Source: an uncultured Acidobacteriaceae bacterium (GTDB lineage: Bacteria > Acidobacteriota > Terriglobia > Terriglobales > Acidobacteriaceae). Taken from it: 64,000 nt of DNA. Position 1 is the stretch's first letter, and each line of letters starts with the position of its first letter. The stretch spans positions 21,964 to 85,963 of the forward strand of contig CAVUYJ010000002.1 of assembly GCA_963745725.1 (NCBI GenBank). The letters run 5' to 3'. Below, piece after piece: positions 1 through 9,172 of this stretch. Both the position numbers and the translations under genes were made by a program. The notes under the pieces were generated by a model that saw only the letters and a program-made list of their open reading frames with translations, ran no database searches and had not been told where the DNA came from.

Positions 1-1160
1 ATCAGATGGTCGTGCGCGGAGGGTACGGCATCAGTTACTACGCGGGGCAGTTCGATAACATCAATATCCTGCAGCTCAACCCGCCGGATGACCCGAGCTT
101 TAGTCTGTTCAACGGCAACTGCGGTTACTGCGCTACGCCCAACGCTCCCGTGTCTACCCTGGAGAATCCAGTCTCGCCGTCCCTCTCCGCGTCCGTCGCG
201 AATATCGTGTCGATACCGCCCGGCCGCCAACATCCCGACCTTTATTTGCAGACGTGGAATCTGACTTTCTCCAAGCAGTTCGCGAACAACGTGATTGATG
301 TTTCCTATGTTGGCGTGAAGGGAAGCAAAGAGGACACGTCTCTGCTGAATTTCAATGTCGGTCCGCCACAGGCCCCCGGCGGAAATGTCCAGGCAAATCG
401 CCCGTATCCTGCTTATGGCCAGATGCGCGTGCTCGATAATCATGGAGCCTCGATTTACGAGGGCCTCCTGGTTCACTTTCAACATCGGCTATCGCACGGG
501 CTCCTCCTGACCACGGCGTATTCCCTCTCCACGGACCGGGATGATCAAGGCGGCGGCACCAACCAACAGCGCAATGAGACCCAGAATCCTTTCCAGAAGG
601 TATGGGCGAACGGGCTGACCGATCAGCGTAATAACCTGACCATCGCCGCCATATACACCATTCCCCAACTGAGTGAAAACAGAAACGTGGTGGCGCGGAA
701 ACTTCTGAGTGGATGGGGCGTTGCTACGATCTTCCGGTATTATTCCGGCAGTCCGCAGTTCGTCTATCAGAGTGACGACGGCCAGAATAACGGCAATAAC
801 TTCGAATATCCGGATCTTGTTCAAGGCCAGCCGAATGGTGTTCCCAACAGGTCCATCAATGAGTGGTTCAATACCGCCAGATTCACCGAAGCGATCGGCC
901 ATTACGGCAACGCGCCGCGCAACCCCTCATGGATGGTGGCGCCGTCGAACAATCCCCTCTCGTTGGAGCTCAAACGAATCTTCGCCATGCCGTTTTCTGA
1001 AACGCAGAAGCTGAGTCTTCAAATCCAGGCCTTCAACGCCTTCAATACGCCCCAGTTTGGCGCTCCCAATGCGAACGCGTCCTCGGGCTCCTTCGGGACG
1101 ATCTCGTCGACAACCCTGGATAACCGCGAGGTGCAATTGGTGGCAAAGTATTTCTTCTAA
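1..1160 (+). CDS. TonB-dependent receptor, C-terminal beta-barrel part (5' end outside window)
   Basis: Frame is open from the window edge (track ORF 6..1160). Gly/Asn/Tyr/Ser-rich alternating pattern. C-terminus ...NREVQLVAKYFF ends in an aromatic residue, as in OM beta-barrel receptors. Confidence 0.8.
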   Translation, partial: QMVVRGGYGISYYAGQFDNINILQLNPPDDPSFSLFNGNCGYCATPNAPVSTLENPVSPSLSASVANIVSIPPGRQHPDLYLQTWNLTFSKQFANNVIDVSYVGVKGSKEDTSLLNFNVGPPQAPGGNVQANRPYPAYGQMRVLDNHGASIYEGLLVHFQHRLSHGLLLTTAYSLSTDRDDQGGGTNQQRNETQNPFQKVWANGLTDQRNNLTIAAIYTIPQLSENRNVVARKLLSGWGVATIFRYYSGSPQFVYQSDDGQNNGNNFEYPDLVQGQPNGVPNRSINEWFNTARFTEAIGHYGNAPRNPSWMVAPSNNPLSLELKRIFAMPFSETQKLSLQIQAFNAFNTPQFGAPNANASSGSFGTISSTTLDNREVQLVAKYFF

Positions 1161-1261
1161 GAAACGGTTTTCGCCGCCAGGTTCGAACTGTGGGCTCGCC
1201 TGCAATGCGGGCAACCCACCGTTCGTCATCCAGGCTGCGGATCGGTCAGACAACGGCAAAT

Positions 1262-2585
1262 ATGGTACCCGAATTTGCGCATCAAAACGGCCTGAACGAC
1301 CGGCGATCGTTCCTGAAATTGCTGGCTGCGGCTCCTCTGTTTGCCACCATTGGCACGCGCAGCGTCGCCGCCGCCGTGTCGAACGCTGTGGCATCCACTG
1401 TCAAGAGGTCCTACACCGACAACATCTATACGCGCATTGGTGTCAAGCCGCTGATCAACGCGCGCGGCACCTGGACCTACCTTTGCGGCTCGCTGGAAAT
1501 ACCGGCGACGCGGCAAGCTCTCGAAGATGCGTCTCACTACTTTGTCGACCTGTTTGAGTTACAAGCCGGCATAGGCCGCCAGCTGGCAAAGCTCTCCGGC
1601 GCAGAATCCGGAATGATTACCTCCGGATCGGCGGGTGCGATTGCCGCGGCGACCGCCGGCTGCATTGCCGGCACGGATCCAAACCATGTGTGGCAACTGC
1701 CCGACACCACCGGGCTCAAAAACGAAGTGATCATCATGCCTCGCAGGAGCGCATTCGACAGCGCCATCCGCCTGACTGGAGGCAAACTTGTGGTCGTCGA
1801 TGCAGTCGGAGAAATTGCAGGCAGCCATTACTCCGCAAACAGCCATGTTGTACACCGATTGGGCGGACGACGAACCCCTTCAGGCGATACTCAGGATCAC
1901 CAAGCCCGCGGGCGTACCCATCCTGGTGGACCTCGCGGACCGCATTCCTCCCTTTTCGAACTTCACCCACTACGCAAAGTTAGGCGTGGATATGTACTGT
2001 TTCAGCGGCGGCAAAGGTCTTTGCGGCCCGCAATGTGCCGGAGTGTTGCTGGGCCGGAAGGATCTGATCGATGCCGCTCTTTACAACAGCAGTCCATGGG
2101 AAGGAGCCGTGTGCAGGCCCATGAAGGTCGGCAAGGAAGAAATGATGGGCATGTTGAGCGCGATTCAATATTGGGCGAATGCGGATATGGACGCGGTCAA
2201 CAAGGAATGGCAGAGCCGCGTGGAACGCATCAAGACCTTAGTGGATACAGTGCCTGGAGTGACTACGAACATCACGGTTCCCACAGACGGAAATAGTTAT
2301 CCGACGCTGACCGTGAGCTGGGACGCACAGAAATTAGGTTTGACGCTGGCAGAATGCGAACAGCAGCTACGCGACAGTAACCCCCGGATTGATGTGCTGG
2401 GCGGCACCAATCCCAGTGGGGTTCTGGGGCGGCTCAGGAACGATACCGCAACGCAGCACCGAGCCGGCCGGCCCCCGCGCTTGCAAATTATATCCATGAC
2501 CTTGCAGCCCGGTGAGGACCTGATCGTCGGCAACCGCCTTCGCCAGATCCTCAACAAAGCGCGTAAGCAATCTGCGTCTGCATGA
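1262..2585 (+). pseudogene. SelA/DgaE-like PLP-dependent enzyme with Tat signal; frame broken once near 1795-1815 (possible sequencing indel)
   Basis: Track ORFs 1190..2296 and 1788..2585 (adjacent frames) together give one SelA-family protein. It has a twin-arginine signal NDRRSFLKLLAAAPLFA after the Met at 1262, then ITSGSAGAIAAATAGCIAG. After the shift comes KLQAAITPQTAMLY and the PLP-lysine region FSGGKGLCGPQCAGVLLG. Confidence 0.65.
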
Positions 2586-2591
2586 TTATGA

Positions 2592-3812
2592 CTAATTCGA
2601 CTTCCAGATCACCTTGCCGCCACGAATCGTATATCTGACCTTGGTGAACGCCTCCGGGTTCCCCGATGCCGGGTCTTCCGACAGAATCGTCAGATCGCCG
2701 CGCATTCCGGGCATTACCTTGCCTTCGCGCTGCGATAGATGAAACAGCTCCGTCGGGGCCGTCGTCAACATCGCCAGCACCTCGCGAAAGCCAAACCCAG
2801 CCTGCATCAGCTGACGAAATTCCTCGCTCTGGTCGTAATCCGGAAGAAACCCCGTGTCGGTGCCATAAACCAGCCTTCCTCCAAGCTGGTGAAACCGGTA
2901 ATCGAGCCCGCGAATGTTCGCGATATTGTCGTCCCGCGAGAACAGCTTGAGTGTCGGGATGATCGTCATGTGTTGCGCAATCATCCGCCGCAGCATCGCC
3001 TCATCGATTCCACTTGTATCCTCCGGCGTATGCGCCAGAACATCCACACCAGCGTCGATAGCCACTTTCGTCCCCTCAAGGTTTGAGGAATGCGCAAAGA
3101 CCAGCTGCCCATGTCGATGTGCCTCATCGACCGCAGCACGCGCGATCGCCACTTGCATCGGGGTGATGTGGTTGGGACTTACAATCGAACCGGTGAAGAG
3201 CTTTACGATGTCGCATCCAGCCGCTCGGTTTTTATCCACAATGGCCACTGCGTCCGCAGCCGTCTCCGGCTGTGCCATCTTTGCCTTCAATTCTGGCGGA
3301 AGCTCCGCTAAGTAGTACGGCAACGCATGCGCGGGAAAGATAGGGATGCCCGCGGTAAATATGCGCGGTCCCGGGACTTCGCCGCTGTCTACGCGCCGCC
3401 GCAGTGCAATCGTGTTCTCCCCGTCCGAGCCGGTATCGACCACTGTCGTAAAGCCCGAGTGCGTGAGCATCTCGCTCATCTGGCGTGCCAATTTATCTGC
3501 GGGCTGGTTCGCGGCTTCGTTCCACTGCGGCTCCATGAAATGCACATGCGCATTCCAGAAACCGGCAAGCACAACGCAGGCTTGGCAGGAAATCGTCTCC
3601 ATGCCCTTGGGGATGCGCAGATGCTCCCCAACCCCCGCGATCACTCCATGACGGATCACGATGGTTACGTCCCTCCGCGCCGGCGCGTCTGGGGCGGCGT
3701 AGACAGTGGCGCGCGTGATCGCTAGATCCTGTGCTCGACCAATAGCCACCGGACCGGCCAGGAATAAAACAAGGACAATAGCTCTGATACACAAGACCCT
3801 GATCATCGACAT
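2592..3812 (-). CDS. amidohydrolase-family metallohydrolase, secreted
   Basis: 406-aa ORF with signal peptide MSMIRVLCIRAIVLVLFLAGPVAIGRAQ. HxH metal motif in GFWNAHVHF, with later AHS / GTDTG motifs typical of amidohydrolases. Confidence 0.8.
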   Translation of the reverse strand: MSMIRVLCIRAIVLVLFLAGPVAIGRAQDLAITRATVYAAPDAPARRDVTIVIRHGVIAGVGEHLRIPKGMETISCQACVVLAGFWNAHVHFMEPQWNEAANQPADKLARQMSEMLTHSGFTTVVDTGSDGENTIALRRRVDSGEVPGPRIFTAGIPIFPAHALPYYLAELPPELKAKMAQPETAADAVAIVDKNRAAGCDIVKLFTGSIVSPNHITPMQVAIARAAVDEAHRHGQLVFAHSSNLEGTKVAIDAGVDVLAHTPEDTSGIDEAMLRRMIAQHMTIIPTLKLFSRDDNIANIRGLDYRFHQLGGRLVYGTDTGFLPDYDQSEEFRQLMQAGFGFREVLAMLTTAPTELFHLSQREGKVMPGMRGDLTILSEDPASGNPEAFTKVRYTIRGGKVIWKSN

Positions 3813-3824
3813 TCCCGTTTATAC

Positions 3825-3864
3825 GAAGTTTAGTGGACAGAAGTTTCGTGAAGTTCGTGGACAG
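3825..3864. promoter_or_regulatory. direct repeat GAAGTT(n)GTGGACAG x2 in divergent promoter region
   Basis: GAAGTTTAGTGGACAG (3825-3840) and GAAGTTCGTGGACAG (3850-3864) lie 13-52 nt upstream of the amidohydrolase start at 3812. Function not established. Confidence 0.3.
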
Positions 3865-3959
3865 GGCAGGATAAACAAAAGGGGAAACGGAAAAGACTCA
3901 AGGTATGGAACCCGCACTTGAGACACTCGTCATGTCCGTGCCAAGACTACCGATCCGAG

Positions 3960-4005
3960 GTTGACATGACAACTTTAGATGTTTAAAGTGGTTGACGTGT
4001 CAACC
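3960..4005. promoter_or_regulatory. two related inverted repeats GTTGAC..GTCAAC (candidate operator)
   Basis: GTTGACATGACAAC (3960-3973, imperfect) and GGTTGAC-GT-GTCAACC (3990-4005, 7-nt perfect arms) bracket the first possible start codon (3979) of the methyltransferase ORF. Confidence 0.3.
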
Positions 4006-4917
4006 ACAGCCACCATAGGCCCGCTTGAGGATGAAGTCGAAAGAGACACCGATTTGCATGCCTTACTGTCCCTTCCGGAGGCCGATTCTTCTCTCTTTCT
4101 GCCCGGCCAACTGAGGAAACGCCTGATCGCGCTGGACGACCTGGATGCCCGATTCGGAGGCTTCGATTGCGCAGATTCCACGAGATGCACCTATTCACGC
4201 TTGCATCGGCGTGCGAAGGCACTCCGGATAAGACTCGAAGCCGCAAACGCTGAACTCTACCAGTCTGTGCGTTCTGATATTGTTCGTGGCGGTCAACCGC
4301 GCGCCCTTCTTCAGTGGCTCGAGGATTCAGCGAGCGGTAACGAACCAGGAAGCCCATTGCCCGGCTTGGGCTTCGACTACCGCGATGAGTTGGTGAGCGG
4401 AGTTCTTCAACTGCCTGAACCAAGCGAACCAACTTTGCAGCCATCACCCGAGATGGTGCCCTACCAGCCGACGCCCGTACGCCACATTCTCCACCTGATC
4501 GCAGCCGCCATGGTTACTGAAGATGACGTCGTTGTCGATCTCGGATCAGGACTGGGGCATGTGCCGCTTCTGGTATCGATGATGACTGGAGCCCAAAGTC
4601 TTGGTATTGAGATGCAGCCGGCCTATGTCGTAAGCGCGCAGGAATGCGCTCAAAACCTCCAACTCAGCCGAGTCCAATTCATCGCGCGGGACGCGCGCGA
4701 TGCGGATCTGTCCCGCGGCACTGTCTTCTATCTGTATTCACCTTTCAAGGGCTCGATTTTGGCCGATGTGCTGGGCGCACTGCGAAGGGAGAGTATGCAC
4801 AAGCCCATAAAGATTTGCTCACTCGGCCCCTGCACTCCCAGAGTTTCGGACGAGACATGGCTGAAGACGAGCGAATCGTCCGATACGGGGTCTATTACCG
4901 TGTTTGACTCTCTATAA
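3979..4917 (+). CDS. class I SAM-dependent methyltransferase (DOT1-like signature)
   Basis: 312-aa ORF with SAM motif I in TEDDVVVDLGSGLGHVPLLVS, followed by GIEMQP and FYLYSPF. The N-terminal ~150 aa has no recognisable motif and the start is uncertain. Confidence 0.6.
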   Translation: MFKVVDVSTTATIGPLEDEVERDTDLHALLSLPEADSSLFLPGQLRKRLIALDDLDARFGGFDCADSTRCTYSRLHRRAKALRIRLEAANAELYQSVRSDIVRGGQPRALLQWLEDSASGNEPGSPLPGLGFDYRDELVSGVLQLPEPSEPTLQPSPEMVPYQPTPVRHILHLIAAAMVTEDDVVVDLGSGLGHVPLLVSMMTGAQSLGIEMQPAYVVSAQECAQNLQLSRVQFIARDARDADLSRGTVFYLYSPFKGSILADVLGALRRESMHKPIKICSLGPCTPRVSDETWLKTSESSDTGSITVFDSL

Positions 4918-5211
4918 GCGCTTTGTGGAACAAGGCAGGACAGGCGGATGTACCTAGGGGGCCTCACCCCGATGCAAACACCTACGTCCGAAACTTCCTA
5001 GGAGCTAACTACTTCGTTATTCCTGAGCAGTAGGGAATAACCACGAGTTTACTACCCGCTCTTCCACATGATTATTTCCCAGGATCATGGACGACGGCTC
5101 CCAACCGTATTACTGTGGCCATAAGACAAGATTGTTAGAGGCAATGCAGTAGTATCGGAATCGAATGCTGAGCACAGACAGGCTGCTCCACATCCGGAGA
5201 ATAAAAGCGCC

Positions 5212-6156
5212 ATGACTATCCTCGCTCGCTTGGAGCTCTGGAAGGAGCAAGGTGCAATATCGACTGAGCAGCAGGCTCATTTAGCGAGCCTCTCTCGCCG
5301 AGAACCCCTCTCCCTCTCGCTGGAGCTCAACCTTCTTCTCTATGCAGGGGTGGTGGCGTTCGTTGCCGGGCTTGGCTGGACTATCTCCACTTGGTCGCAG
5401 CAACTCGGTGATGTACTCGTCCTGACCATTCTCTCCATCATCCTCACCGCCTCCTTTTGGTATTGCTTTTCCCGCGCGCCGGCCTGGTCGGCTGCGGAGA
5501 CGGCTGCACCGACTACAATCTTCGACTATGTCCTCTACCTCGGCAGCCTCGTCTGGTGCGTAGAACTCGCTTACCTGGAGAACCGTTTCCACGTCCTTTC
5601 CGGACAATGGGATCTCTATCTCCTGGCCACCGCCCTCCTCTTCTTCTTCCTTGCCTATCGCTTCGACAATCGCTTCGTGCTGTCTCTCGCTTTGTCCTCG
5701 CTCGCCGGATGGTTCGGGCTCACTATCTCGCATTGGCCGTCTCATCAGGACGCGGCCTACCGGCAATATGCCTTGCTTTACTGTCTGTCGATCGGTCTAG
5801 CTGGCGCGATTCTTCAGCGCCTCAAACTGAAGTCGCATTTTTTTACCACGTATCTGAACGTCGCTGCCAATGTTCTATTCTGGGCAATCGTTTCCGGGGT
5901 CTTCGATTCGCGAGACCATGGTCTATGGCTTGCCGGTCTGCTGATCGCATGTGCCGCGTCCCTCATCTGGGGCCTGAAACGCCGGCAGTTTGCCTTCGTC
6001 GCCTACGCCGCCGTCTACGGCTACGTGGGTGTTAGCTGGATGCTCCTCCGCAACGCCTCGGACAGCACCTTTATTCTGGCCTACTTCGTGCTCACCGCAA
6101 TCGCAATGATCGCGATGCTTGTCCAGATCGCGCGTCGCTTTGGGAGGCCGAAGTGA
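5212..6156 (+). CDS. multi-pass membrane protein (DUF2157-like)
   Basis: 314-aa ORF. A short soluble N-terminus (LELWKEQGAISTEQQAHL) is followed by ~9 hydrophobic segments. Overlaps the next gene by 4 nt. Confidence 0.6.
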   Translation: MTILARLELWKEQGAISTEQQAHLASLSRREPLSLSLELNLLLYAGVVAFVAGLGWTISTWSQQLGDVLVLTILSIILTASFWYCFSRAPAWSAAETAAPTTIFDYVLYLGSLVWCVELAYLENRFHVLSGQWDLYLLATALLFFFLAYRFDNRFVLSLALSSLAGWFGLTISHWPSHQDAAYRQYALLYCLSIGLAGAILQRLKLKSHFFTTYLNVAANVLFWAIVSGVFDSRDHGLWLAGLLIACAASLIWGLKRRQFAFVAYAAVYGYVGVSWMLLRNASDSTFILAYFVLTAIAMIAMLVQIARRFGRPK

Positions 6157-7355
6157 GAATCTACACGGAATCGAGCGAAGAGACCCTGCGTGCCCGCAAT
6201 CTCCTGACGCAGTGGACCGTCGACGGTTCCCTCAGCAAGGAGCAGTACCAGCGCCTTGAACAGGACACGGTCTCCGGCCTGCGCATCACCAATATCTTTT
6301 TGAGGCTGGTACTTTTCCTCTTCACCATGATCGGCGTAGTCGCCGCAGTCGCGCTCTTCTTCACCATCTTTCTTTCGCGGCCGTCGCAACCAACCATAGG
6401 CATAGTCCTATTGATCTTCGCTGCTGTCTCCTACACGGCCTCCGAGGTCGCCGTAACCCAGGCCCGTCTGTATCGCTACGGGATCGAGGAAGCACTCGCC
6501 GTCTGTTCGGTCGCTTTACTGTGCGTAGGACTGGACCTCTTTTTTTTCAGTGGCACGCCCCACTCCTCGCGCGAAATTCAGTCTGTGGTTCCCGCCGTTG
6601 GCGCCATTGCTTCGCTCTGGATCTGGTACCGATTCAACCTGTGGTACGCATTTCCCGCCGCGATGATCTTCGCCATCTTCCTGCCCGGCTACTGGACGCC
6701 ATCCCACTCGGCGCAGCATGTTTTCATCTCAGTGTTGTATGCAGCCGGACTGATCTGTATAGCCCCCGTTCGCTCCCGCCACCGCTTCGATTACCTTGAA
6801 GATGCGTACTCGCTCTCTGAGGCGTTTCTATGGCTCGGAATATACCTGATCGTCAACCTCAAGATTTCAGCTTTGAGCTTGCCCTCACAGTGGTGGAGCA
6901 ACCCGCGGGCCGCCGCAGAATTCGCTGTCCCGTTCTACTGGACGACGTGGGTGCTCATATGGTGCCTGCCGCCCCTCATACTCGCACGCGGCGTTCGCCA
7001 GAAGGATCGCCTCATCATCGCGGTCGGCGCGATTACTACCGTCCTCACCCTTGTCACCAACAAACCGTACCTCGGCTGGCAGCGGCATACCTGGGACCCG
7101 ATACTTCTCGGTATAGCACTCACTGGCGTTGCATTGTTCCTTCGACGCTGGCTCGCTCTGGGTCCGGGCGGAGTTCGCCACGGCTTTACGGCCGCGCGTC
7201 TGTCGGGGAAGGACAAACACGCGATGAGCGTCGGCTCTGCCGTACTCGGCCTGGTAACGCCTCAATCCATAACGCCAACCCCGCAACCAACCAATCCAGA
7301 CGGTCGGTTTGGCGGAGGAGGATCGGGAGGCGGAGGCGCTAGCGGCGATTTTTAA
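6153..7355 (+). CDS. multi-pass membrane protein with Gly-rich C-terminal tail
   Basis: 400-aa ORF with a GTG start overlapping the upstream stop (GTGA). Same layout as the upstream gene (soluble N-term, then many TM segments). Ends ...RFGGGGSGGGGASGDF. Confidence 0.6.
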   Translation: MRIYTESSEETLRARNLLTQWTVDGSLSKEQYQRLEQDTVSGLRITNIFLRLVLFLFTMIGVVAAVALFFTIFLSRPSQPTIGIVLLIFAAVSYTASEVAVTQARLYRYGIEEALAVCSVALLCVGLDLFFFSGTPHSSREIQSVVPAVGAIASLWIWYRFNLWYAFPAAMIFAIFLPGYWTPSHSAQHVFISVLYAAGLICIAPVRSRHRFDYLEDAYSLSEAFLWLGIYLIVNLKISALSLPSQWWSNPRAAAEFAVPFYWTTWVLIWCLPPLILARGVRQKDRLIIAVGAITTVLTLVTNKPYLGWQRHTWDPILLGIALTGVALFLRRWLALGPGGVRHGFTAARLSGKDKHAMSVGSAVLGLVTPQSITPTPQPTNPDGRFGGGGSGGGGASGDF

Positions 7356-7459
7356 GGCTTGCCAGCCGATACTCTGAAGCGGTTCAAGTCCGTAACCTTC
7401 GATTTCAAGAACTCAGTCATGATTCTCGAAGACCGCTAAAACCGCGCCTTAGCCGGAAG

Positions 7460-7485
7460 CGCCGCTCTGCTTCGAGTGGCGTTTT
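7460..7485 (+). terminator. candidate rho-independent terminator
   Basis: 8-bp stem CGCCGCTC/GAGTGGCG (one G-U), loop TGCTTC, then TTTT. Lies between the convergent genes ending at 7355 and 7526. Confidence 0.4.
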
Positions 7486-7519
7486 CGGCGTGAGCGATGG
7501 CGCTGTGCGTTAACGTCGA

Positions 7520-8044
7520 GTTACATCAGATCGGTTGCGTGCAGAACTTGCAGCGCGTGGCTGTGATGGGAACCAACGACTTGCACTGGACACAGGTTTT
7601 TTCTGTAGGATCCGCTACCGGAGGTTTTCCCTTGAGCTGCCTCATGACGTAGTTCATGGGCACCACAATGACGAAGTACACGACGGCTGCTTGCAGCAAG
7701 AACGAGATCACGGAGTTGAGAAAGATGCCGTAGTTGATCTTGCCGCCATGGATGTAAAGCACGAGCGCAGAGAAGTCCGGCTTGCCAACCAGGGATGCAA
7801 TGAGCGGGGTGAGGACGTTCGTTACAAATGATGTGACGATTGCGGTGAATGCAGCGCCGATGATCACTGCGACAGCGAGGTCAATTACATTGCCACGCAT
7901 GATGAAATCACGGAAACCTTTGATCATTTCGTTCTCCTCGTTGGTGTGGAATCTTGAGTCGGGAAACGCAACAGCACTGTCCTTACCGCTTGAGTATGAT
8001 CCGTTGAGTCCTCAACCGGCTGGGTGCGTCTACATGCGGAAGTG
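7520..8044. repeat. segmental duplication, copy A left arm (matches 15271-15795)
   Basis: Direct comparison gives about 9 mismatches in 525 nt. Only 2 of them are inside mscL. Confidence 0.9.
7526..7927 (-). CDS. mscL: large-conductance mechanosensitive channel MscL with C-terminal CxxC-x10-CxxC ribbon (copy A)
   Basis: 133 aa. MIKGFRDFIMRGNVIDLAVAVIIGAAFTAIV is the canonical MscL N-terminus/TM1. A second TM follows, then ...EKTCVQCKSLVPITATRCKFCTQPI. Confidence 0.9.
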   Translation of the reverse strand: MIKGFRDFIMRGNVIDLAVAVIIGAAFTAIVTSFVTNVLTPLIASLVGKPDFSALVLYIHGGKINYGIFLNSVISFLLQAAVVYFVIVVPMNYVMRQLKGKPPVADPTEKTCVQCKSLVPITATRCKFCTQPI

Positions 8045-8185
8045 ACCATAATGCAACCGTACCTGAACGTGTTACTCCGTCGCGCTCTCCTTTAGTGCCA
8101 ATTCCGTCTGACCACGAGACCCCTGGTTTGTTTGCCAACGGGAGTCAGGCCGCATGGCCTCGCCACGCGAACTCTGCCCGTCCAA

Positions 8186-9172
8186 CTAACCGCTTGACGA
8201 CATTGGTTCGCGCTCAGGACGTTGACCGGAGCACCCGTGGACAAGCGCGTTGAGGAACCAGAACGACGGGTCGGTCCAAGGGGCTGTGAGCGCCGCGTAC
8301 TCCTCTTCCCGCGCCTTCGTCAGCACACAATCAGCTTGCTCCCATCCGCGGATGGCCTCCAGGGTCGCCTGCCACCACCGCGCCCACGGGCTGCCCCCGC
8401 GAACGACACAAGCAGTGGCCTCGTCGCGGATATTGACTAGACCGCAGCGCTCGAATAGCACCGGGAGCTTGCGACCAAACCTGGGGTCATACCCGCGTGA
8501 TACCCACCACTCGCCACCCTGGTAAGCGCCTTGGTAGCGGGCGTAGTACGGATGAGAAGGATCCACGGGAGCAATCGTGCCCCAGTCACCGTCCTCATCG
8601 ACGAGCCATCCTCCTGGTCGCAAACACTCCACCATGCGTCGGATAGCCGATTCCTGCTTGCCCGCGAGCCAGAACAACATCAAACGCGAACAAACCAGAT
8701 CGAACGAACCCGGGTCTAAGGCGTCTAATGGATCGTCGAGGATGTTGTGCTGACGCACCTCGAGGTTCGGAAGATTCAGTCGCTTCAGGTAGGTAACATC
8801 GATGTCGGTCGCCACCACTTGGCCGCTCTCTCCGACTCGCTCGGCTAGCCAAACGGCCATGGATCCCCGGCCCGCGCCGATCTCAAGGCATCGCCAGCCA
8901 GGCTGGACCAACTGACGTCGTCTGCGAGAGAGCGGGTCGAAGATCTCTTCCAGGAGACCCAACCGATCGTCTTCGGCCTGTTGGCGCCCCCTTGCGTCGA
9001 GCCGGTAACCGGGCTCCGGACCCAGAGCTTCAGTGCCTCTGGAGGAGCCCTCGCGTTCTACCATTGCGCAACCATACTCAGTGACTTTCCCAGCGTCAAG
9101 GTGCGGCGGGAACTTCGGCACGGGGACAGGAAGTTCATCCTGATGCTTTGGTACCGCTACCATATGCGCCAT
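8186..9172 (-). CDS. class I SAM-dependent methyltransferase
   Basis: Track ORF 8186..9232. Motif I is CLEIGAGRGSMAVWLAERVGESGQVVATDID. Start taken at Met21 (9172), but 9163 and 9232 are also possible. Confidence 0.75.
   Translation of the reverse strand: MAHMVAVPKHQDELPVPVPKFPPHLDAGKVTEYGCAMVEREGSSRGTEALGPEPGYRLDARGRQQAEDDRLGLLEEIFDPLSRRRRQLVQPGWRCLEIGAGRGSMAVWLAERVGESGQVVATDIDVTYLKRLNLPNLEVRQHNILDDPLDALDPGSFDLVCSRLMLFWLAGKQESAIRRMVECLRPGGWLVDEDGDWGTIAPVDPSHPYYARYQGAYQGGEWWVSRGYDPRFGRKLPVLFERCGLVNIRDEATACVVRGGSPWARWWQATLEAIRGWEQADCVLTKAREEEYAALTAPWTDPSFWFLNALVHGCSGQRPEREPMSSSG
8849..9108. repeat. segmental duplication, copy A right arm (matches 15796-16056)
   Basis: About 95% identical to copy B. 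Copy B lacks A coordinates 8045-8848. Confidence 0.85.

Noticed and set aside
1160-1200. GGTTCGAAC (T-loop-like) motif, and a similar GGTTCGAATC at about 46541
   Set aside because: No acceptor, D or anticodon stems can be drawn around either site. The second lies inside the response-regulator coding sequence (MQIRTF). No tRNA called.
3825-3864. Direct repeats here and at 23595-23900, considered as a possible CRISPR array
   Set aside because: There are only 2-3 units, the unit lengths and spacing are irregular, and no cas genes are present. Not CRISPR.
5025-5050. 8-bp perfect hairpin GTTATTCC-TGAGCAGTA-GGAATAAC downstream of the methyltransferase gene, considered as a terminator
   Set aside because: No U-tract follows, and it lies ~110 nt past the stop. 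It could be a protein-binding site or chance, so it was not called.
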